Below are positions 6,702 to 12,207 of a stretch of 12,207 bases of DNA, one piece after another. This DNA is from Methanotrichaceae archaeon. GTDB taxonomy: Archaea > Halobacteriota > Methanosarcinia > Methanotrichales > Methanotrichaceae. The notes beneath the pieces are model-generated. The model ran no database searches. It had not been told where the DNA came from and saw only the letters and a program-made list of their open reading frames with translations. A program made the translations under genes and the position numbers. The DNA lies in the NCBI GenBank assembly GCA_963748825.1, contig CAVVKN010000016.1, forward strand, positions 1-12,207, given 5' to 3'. Each line of letters opens with the position of its first letter. Positions within the stretch are counted from its first letter, which is position 1.

Positions 6702-7152
6702 TCATCTACATCTCTCCATGGATTGATGTTGCTTAACTTATTATCCACTCGGGGAGGTTCACGCCACTCTCGTGCCTTAACTATCGTTCACACGAAAATG
6801 CTTTGGGACCAATGCTTCCTTTCGGATGCGTAAGCTTTAATAACTTCTCTACGGAATAGGATTACGTATAGGCCTTAAGAATCGTTTGCCTCCTTATGGT
6901 CTATTTCCCCATTTATCTTTGAATTTGAAGGCTTTTCGCGGTTTCATGTTGCTGACCTCAAGTTATCATGAAATGGAATCTGGAGAAGGAATCAAGAAAT
7001 CGGCAAGCAGGATAACTAACCACTCAGTCCGGATGGCTGGATTGGCATCCCAGAGGGTTTGTAGCTCCTGTCACACCCAAACGAAATAGCGGGGAACCTT
7101 TTTTATTATATGAAATTAAAAAATATTTCTGAAAGTATTCACTCCTTGCCAA

Positions 7153-8328
7153 TTATCCCCTCATCATCCCTACTAGCTCCGTCGCCTCTACTAGCCCGTA
7201 TGCGCCCTGCTTTGCAGCGTCCTCATCAAAGCGCTCCACACTGTCCTGCTCAATTCCCGTGCCCATGATGGTGAAGGGCACAGGATCGCGGCTGTGCGTC
7301 TTGATGGAAATGGGTGTGGCATGGTCGGGAAGGAGAAGCACGCGCCAATCTTCGCCACTCTTCTCCAGCCCCTCTACCACCGGACCCACGACCTTTTCAT
7401 CGAATAGCTCAATGGCTCTCACCTTCAGCAAGGTGTTGCCCTCGTGGCCTGCTTCATCAGGGGCCTCGATGTGCAGATAGACGAAGTCACTGCTCTTCAG
7501 AGCCTCTAGTGTCGCCTGCACTTTTCCCTCATAATTGGTATCTATGGTGCCGGTGGCGCCTGGGACGTCTATGACCTGCAGCCCGGCGTACCTGCCGATG
7601 CCCTTGAGCAGGTCCACCGCTGAGATCATGGCTCCTTTCAGCCCGTACTTTTCGGCAAAGGATGGCATGACCGGCGCTGGCCCCTGCCCCCAAAGCCATA
7701 TCGCGTTAGCGGGGCGTTTGCCCTCAGAAATGCGCTTTTTGTTCACGGGGTGGCTAGCCAGGACGGGCCGGGCTGCTTCCATGAGTCGCGTGAGCAGCTC
7801 GGAGTCCGGGCCGCGGGGCAAATGATCCTGGATGGGCTGGTCGCTGATGTCGTGAGGCGGGGTGCAGACGGCGTTCGCTCCCGCCTTCATGACAAGGAGG
7901 TTTCGGTAGCTCACGCCGGCGTAAAGCCGCCTTCCGGGCATGAGGGGCTGTAGTGTCTCGATCAGATCGCGGCCCTCCTCTGTTGTGATGTGCCCGGCGC
8001 TGTAGTCTTTCATGATGCCATCAACAATGGTCACAAAATTGCAGCGAAAGGCGATGTCGGCTTCGCCAAGGGCCACGCCCATGGCCGCTGCCTCCAACGG
8101 TGCGCGACCTGAGTAGTGCTTGCCGGGCGCATAGCCCATGACGGAAAGATTGGCCACATCGCTTCCTGGTGGAAAACCTTCTGGAACTGTTTGGGCCAGA
8201 CCGCTCTTGCCCTGTCGGGCTAGCCGGTCCATGTTGGGCTTTTTGGCCGCCTGCAAAGGCGTCTTGCCCTGCAAAGCCGCCAGCGGCAGGTCTGCCATGC
8301 CGTCGCCTAAGAGAACTACGAGCTTCAT
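7153..8328 (-). CDS. apgM: 2,3-bisphosphoglycerate-independent phosphoglycerate mutase, archaeal ApgM family (391 aa)
   Basis: MKLVVLLGDGMAD, KTPLQAAKKPNMD, PGSDVANLS (catalytic Ser), GRAPLEAA, PPHDI, HIEAPDEAGHEG, PDHATP, HSRDPVP; start ATG 8328 (alternative 8340), not 8517. Confidence 0.95.
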   Translation of the reverse strand: MKLVVLLGDGMADLPLAALQGKTPLQAAKKPNMDRLARQGKSGLAQTVPEGFPPGSDVANLSVMGYAPGKHYSGRAPLEAAAMGVALGEADIAFRCNFVTIVDGIMKDYSAGHITTEEGRDLIETLQPLMPGRRLYAGVSYRNLLVMKAGANAVCTPPHDISDQPIQDHLPRGPDSELLTRLMEAARPVLASHPVNKKRISEGKRPANAIWLWGQGPAPVMPSFAEKYGLKGAMISAVDLLKGIGRYAGLQVIDVPGATGTIDTNYEGKVQATLEALKSSDFVYLHIEAPDEAGHEGNTLLKVRAIELFDEKVVGPVVEGLEKSGEDWRVLLLPDHATPISIKTHSRDPVPFTIMGTGIEQDSVERFDEDAAKQGAYGLVEATELVGMMRG

Positions 8329-8620
8329 CAAGCTTTCCATTCTAGAAAATAGTATTAATCGTCTTCGTCTGGATCTCGCGCTAAGCCGCGAAGATTGCAT
8401 CTTCCTGACTGACGAAAATGGCTGGCCGATGGTCAAGGCTGGGCGGTGCGATGAAAAAACGCCCTGCAGGATCTTGCGGCTTCCTGGCCTGCGCCCCCTC
8501 AGGCATCGATCTTCCACCGCCGGGTTTTATGCTCTTGCGAGACTACTGCCCCTGGTTACGAGAGTCGCGCCATTTCCTTGTGATCAACGTACAACTAGGA
8601 CCAAGTCCTTTAATCCCATT

Positions 8621-9064
8621 TCATACGAAAACTGTATTATCTATAACGATTAGATAGGTACTTGCCGCGAGATAAGGCTGTAGCCGATTAAGCTCCGAGA
8701 ATTGGGCACCTCGCTTGATTGCGAAGTCTTCGGCGAGTGCGAGAATCTGGCGTACCTCGTTCAGTTCTTGTATGAGCGCGGCAAGAATCGAAATGTGTGC
8801 AGGCGAAGCGGGAGCAGGCTCTTCATCTCTGATGATGTGTCCCTGTAAGAAGGGCACTGTGGATCGGCGCTTGACTCGCCTAAAACATCACTGCATTATC
8901 GCTCTATTCTCAGGCTCTTTATCCATCCCAGGACGACCTCTCGTCGATGCAGCCAGGAACATAAAGGCATTGTACTCAAAGAGTACGTATAACTTGCGGG
9001 ACGCTTATTTCGTTACCGGCCTTTACCTTAACACGTCCAAAATCGCTTCTGGCAAACTGCCCAT
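8621..9064 (-). pseudogene. Possible decayed gene of unknown family
   Basis: One reading frame from ATG 9064 (MGSLPEAILDVLR*...) through three in-frame stops into the 78-aa ORF with amphipathic helix ILAALIQELNEVRQILALAEDF. Confidence 0.25.
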
Positions 9065-9463
9065 TCCAGCACACTATGGAATGTTTATCGACAATTGCCC
9101 AATGATGGTTTTTCGCTATCAATGAATTTAGAATACCCCCTTATAGTCCGGAGCGCAACATTAGACCTTACGAGGTCGAAAGCATATTTATAAAATTGGG
9201 CTAGGCCCTTATACTAGCCCGGAATGTTGTCTAATTTAGTACGTGTAACATGCAAAATCATTCTGTGATAATCTAGCCTGGAAAAATAAGATGGTTCATT
9301 GAATCCGTTCCATTGAGCATACATATGTGCACATTCAACTCCATCAAAGTGATGTAGTTTTGGATTGACCCTGAAAAAGTGCCGATAGCTATCGCTCTAT
9401 TAGTCGACCTATTAGGGAAGCTAGTTTTAATAATAGGATCTAACAATTATATGGTGAAAAATC

Positions 9464-9797
9464 ATGAAGAAACTTTGGTGCTTGTACATCCTCTTATTTA
9501 GCCTCTTGATAGGAGCATCATCAAGTCAGGAGTCATGGGATCTTGGTTCTCCTGGTGATTGGGTTGAGTGTAGGTCCCGTATACCATGTTGGCCCATATT
9601 ACTATCCAAATAGCGATCTTCCTATTGGGACCCAGAAATTTCTAAATACTTATCCTGCATACAGTCCATACTACTATCAGACCTCTTATTGGACTGAATA
9701 TCCTTACTACAATCTATACCGCTACCCTCACTACTACAATTTCGACTCTTATCCGTTAGGAACTTTTGGTTTATTCCACGGAAGTAATTGGTATTAG
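9464..9797 (+). pseudogene. Frameshifted Tyr-rich secreted protein (110 aa if one G is removed at 9561-9563)
   Basis: SD GGTGA at 9453, ATG 9464, signal peptide MKKLWCLYILLFSLLIGASSS; removing one G joins ...SPGDW to LSVGPVYHVGPYYYP... of the 9543..9797 frame. Confidence 0.7.
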
Positions 9798-10092
9798 CGA
9801 AGCCCACCACTCAATTTGAAGGCAACGCATGGATGAATCCTTTTTAACTATTACTACTAGGTGATTACATCTAGCTAGCGCCAATGCGTATCGATCTTTA
9901 ACTATGTTCATGTGCGGGAGATGAGAACCTCGCGCGTTAATACGAAAGCGCAAACCATGTATGGTTTTTTGTCAAAACAAATATATGGACATAGTCGAAT
10001 CTAGTCAGGATAGTAAATTATAGTGCTTTCTAGTTTTTAATTGTAAATAGTTTTAAATGCAAATATAGCATAATAGTCTTCGGTGAAACTAA

Positions 10093-10884
10093 ATGAAATA
10101 TGGCAAAATTTTGCCGGTTATGATGGCACTCGCAGCGTGCTTGCTAATTGGTATCGCATGTGGACAAGACTATCTGGGAGGTGGAAACGTTGCAAGTTCC
10201 AGTGGTAGTGGCAGCTCAATAGGATCTAGCGGAGATTGGATTAGCCCCAACATGGATGGCGGATACGTTAGAGACCGTTCTATGACAGACTCAGGGATAG
10301 CTAGCATGTTGAAGTGGCTCGATACGCCAGTCCCCAACGTCCCCTTGTACACTAAGGGTGGAGCCATTTATAACCAAGCGGTTCCCGACACCACTTTCTC
10401 TCCTTTCACGCAGTATTATGTAACCTCCGGTACGCCTGTAGTAGGTGGAATAATAAGCAATCCTACCATGTTCGATATAACGAAGAAAACACCCACAGCT
10501 GTGTACTACGGTGCCGGTGTGGGGTTGCCTTACCCCCAGTATGCAGCCACAGTGACATCCAAGACCAACGACCTCTGGATCCAAGGAGCTACAGACTGGA
10601 CACAGTATGTGGTAAGCCCTGTTGGAACCTGGCTACAACTGGTCGCCTACGCACCTGTTGCAGGGCCTGCGGGCTTCTATGAGACGACCCAGACCGACAC
10701 AACCAGTACGAAATACAAAACCTATCAGTTCAACCAGGGTTATAATACCATGAACTTCTATGCTGACCAGGTTGGAAGACATATGCTCTACTTCGTTGTA
10801 AACAGCCAGCCCAGCAACACAGTCATAGTGGATGTATTTTCCCAGGCCCCAGGGTCAACGAAGCCCGTACATACAATGTCTTAG
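10093..10884 (+). CDS. Secreted hypothetical surface protein (263 aa), paralog of 11012..12133
   Basis: SD GGTGA at 10082, signal peptide MKYGKILPVMMALAACLLIGIACG, Ser/Gly-rich N-terminus, beta-rich Thr/Tyr-rich core. Confidence 0.9.
   Translation: MKYGKILPVMMALAACLLIGIACGQDYLGGGNVASSSGSGSSIGSSGDWISPNMDGGYVRDRSMTDSGIASMLKWLDTPVPNVPLYTKGGAIYNQAVPDTTFSPFTQYYVTSGTPVVGGIISNPTMFDITKKTPTAVYYGAGVGLPYPQYAATVTSKTNDLWIQGATDWTQYVVSPVGTWLQLVAYAPVAGPAGFYETTQTDTTSTKYKTYQFNQGYNTMNFYADQVGRHMLYFVVNSQPSNTVIVDVFSQAPGSTKPVHTMS
10441..10851 (+). repeat. Tandem duplication copy 1 (partner 11393..11803)
   Basis: About 31 mismatches in 411 nt by manual count (~92% identity), no gaps, mostly synonymous. Confidence 0.9.
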
Positions 10885-11011
10885 AGGTAATGTATCAATG
10901 AAACAAAAATATGAGATTGATAATAGGTACATTTCAACCGCCTAGGATCAATGCTATCAATCTCACATATTTTTATTAGGCAATAAAATGCTGCTCTACA
11001 GGTGTGATGAA

Positions 11012-12133
11012 ATGAAATACTGCAAAGTTTTGCTGTGTATGACGGCACTCGCAGCGTGCTTGCTAATTGGTATCGCATATGGACAAGACTATCTAGAAGG
11101 CGGAAACGTTAAAAGTTCCAGTGGTAGTGGCAGCGTAATGGGATCTGGCGGAGATTATCTTAGTCCCAACATGGGCCAAAAGTACCCGACAGACTGGCTG
11201 GAAGGCGGATATGTTAGAAGTTCCGACCGTTCGATTGTGGACCCAGGAATAGCTGGCATGTTGCATTGGCTCGATACGCCTGTCCCCAACTTCCCCTGGT
11301 ACACTGCCAGTGATGCCTTCTACACCAAATCGTATAGCTACACTACGTTCTCGCCCTACACAGAATATTATGTACCCTCCGGTTCGCCTGTCGTGGGTGG
11401 GATAATAAGCAATCCTACTATGTTCGATATAACGAAGAAAACGCCATCTAGAGTGTACTACGGTGCCGGTGTAGGGTTGCCATACACCCAGTATGAAGCC
11501 ACAGTGACATCCAAGACCAACGACCTCTGGATCCAGGGAGCAACAAACTGGACACAGTATGTGGTAAGCCCTGTTGGAACCTGGTTACAGCTAATCGCCT
11601 ACGCACCCGTTGCAGGATCTGCAGGCTTCTATGAGACGATCCAGACCGACACAACCAGTACGAAATACAAAACCTATCAGTTCAACCAGGGTTATAACAC
11701 CATGAACTTCTATGCTGACCAGGTTGGAAGACATATGCTCAACTTCGTGGTAAACAGCCAGCCCAGCAACACAGTCATAGTGGATGTGTTTGCCCAGGCC
11801 CCATCGACTCAGTACCGGACCTACGCTCCGACCACAATGACACCAACCGTGTCAACGCTGCCGCAAACGACTTCTGTTGGCGGAGACACCCCTGTGACAA
11901 TCCAGTCCCAAGGCATGAGAGGTTATCAGGTATTCCTGGATGGAAATTACATAGGCACCGAGGGAACCGGTGGAGATCCTCTCGACGGAAGGTTCAGCTT
12001 TAACGTTGTTGGTAACCAGAACCACGACATTAGAGTCTACGATGGTCAGTTTAACTACCCGAAGACAATGTACTTCTCAAGGGGTGTCCAAAAGATAATC
12101 AATGTGGAACCAGGAACGGCGGTCTACATTTAG
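11012..12133 (+). CDS. Secreted hypothetical surface protein (373 aa) with Thr/Pro linker and C-terminal PEGA-like beta domain
   Basis: Start moved to ATG 11012 (MKYCKVLL, matches paralog MKYGKILP; AGGTG at 11000); C-terminal VTIQSQGMRGYQVFLDGNYIG...HDIRV resembles the PEGA signature. Confidence 0.88.
   Translation: MKYCKVLLCMTALAACLLIGIAYGQDYLEGGNVKSSSGSGSVMGSGGDYLSPNMGQKYPTDWLEGGYVRSSDRSIVDPGIAGMLHWLDTPVPNFPWYTASDAFYTKSYSYTTFSPYTEYYVPSGSPVVGGIISNPTMFDITKKTPSRVYYGAGVGLPYTQYEATVTSKTNDLWIQGATNWTQYVVSPVGTWLQLIAYAPVAGSAGFYETIQTDTTSTKYKTYQFNQGYNTMNFYADQVGRHMLNFVVNSQPSNTVIVDVFAQAPSTQYRTYAPTTMTPTVSTLPQTTSVGGDTPVTIQSQGMRGYQVFLDGNYIGTEGTGGDPLDGRFSFNVVGNQNHDIRVYDGQFNYPKTMYFSRGVQKIINVEPGTAVYI
11393..11803 (+). 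repeat. Tandem duplication copy 2 (partner 10441..10851)
   Basis: ~92% nucleotide identity to 10441..10851, offset 952 nt. Confidence 0.9.
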
Positions 12134-12138
12134 ATCAC

Positions 12139-12202
12139 GGCGATCTTACTGGTAATCTTACGGGCTTTTCCAGTTAGAACAATGTCTATAGATGTTGTTT
12201 CT
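12139..12202 (+). repeat. Dispersed ~65-bp repeat, copy B
   Basis: Matches 6636-6701; begins 5 nt after the stop of the 373-aa gene; may extend beyond the window. Confidence 0.7.
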
Positions 12203-12207
12203 GATGG

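Noticed and set aside
6469-6726. Two short plus-strand frames joined by an in-frame TAG (possible pyrrolysine readthrough)
   Set aside because: No recognisable protein, no good SD, the frame runs through the dispersed repeat whose other copy has frame-breaking indels, and no Pyl machinery is visible
8329-8517. N-terminal extension of ApgM in the ORF track
   Set aside because: Arg-rich, non-homologous-looking; the family begins at MKxxxxxGDGMAD
8715-9125. 136-aa plus-strand ORF
   Set aside because: No canonical start or SD; composition looks like the antisense shadow of the minus-strand frame
10988-11011. Upstream ATG 10988 as the start of the 381-aa ORF
   Set aside because: Paralog N-terminus and the AGGTG SD point to ATG 11012

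Overview
Archaeal chromosomal window, most consistent with a methanogen of the Methanothrix/Methanosarcinales type (inferred from the TBP, HisRS and ApgM sequences, TATA/BRE promoters and GGTGA Shine-Dalgarno motifs). Housekeeping genes: an acidic hypothetical protein, tbp, hisS and apgM. Two clusters of uncharacterised secreted proteins sit among them. (1) 3531-6082 (-): a tandemly duplicated two-gene cassette (small S + larger L protein). All four proteins carry a shared Asn/Gln-containing beta-hairpin-like repeat. Both S genes appear to start at a non-canonical ATT codon, and both S-L spacers are exactly 31 nt with a covarying hairpin over the L ribosome-binding region. This is the best candidate for an undescribed system: a secreted major/minor-subunit filament or functional amyloid. 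(2) 9464-12133 (+): a frameshifted Tyr-rich secreted gene followed by two recently duplicated secreted paralogs, the second with a PEGA-like tail. Also seen: a helically phased TATA-box array upstream of tbp, an unannotated 46-aa tail-anchored membrane protein behind a 16-bp palindrome, and a ~65-bp dispersed repeat (6636-6701 / 12139-12202). All alignments were done by eye and no database searches were run.
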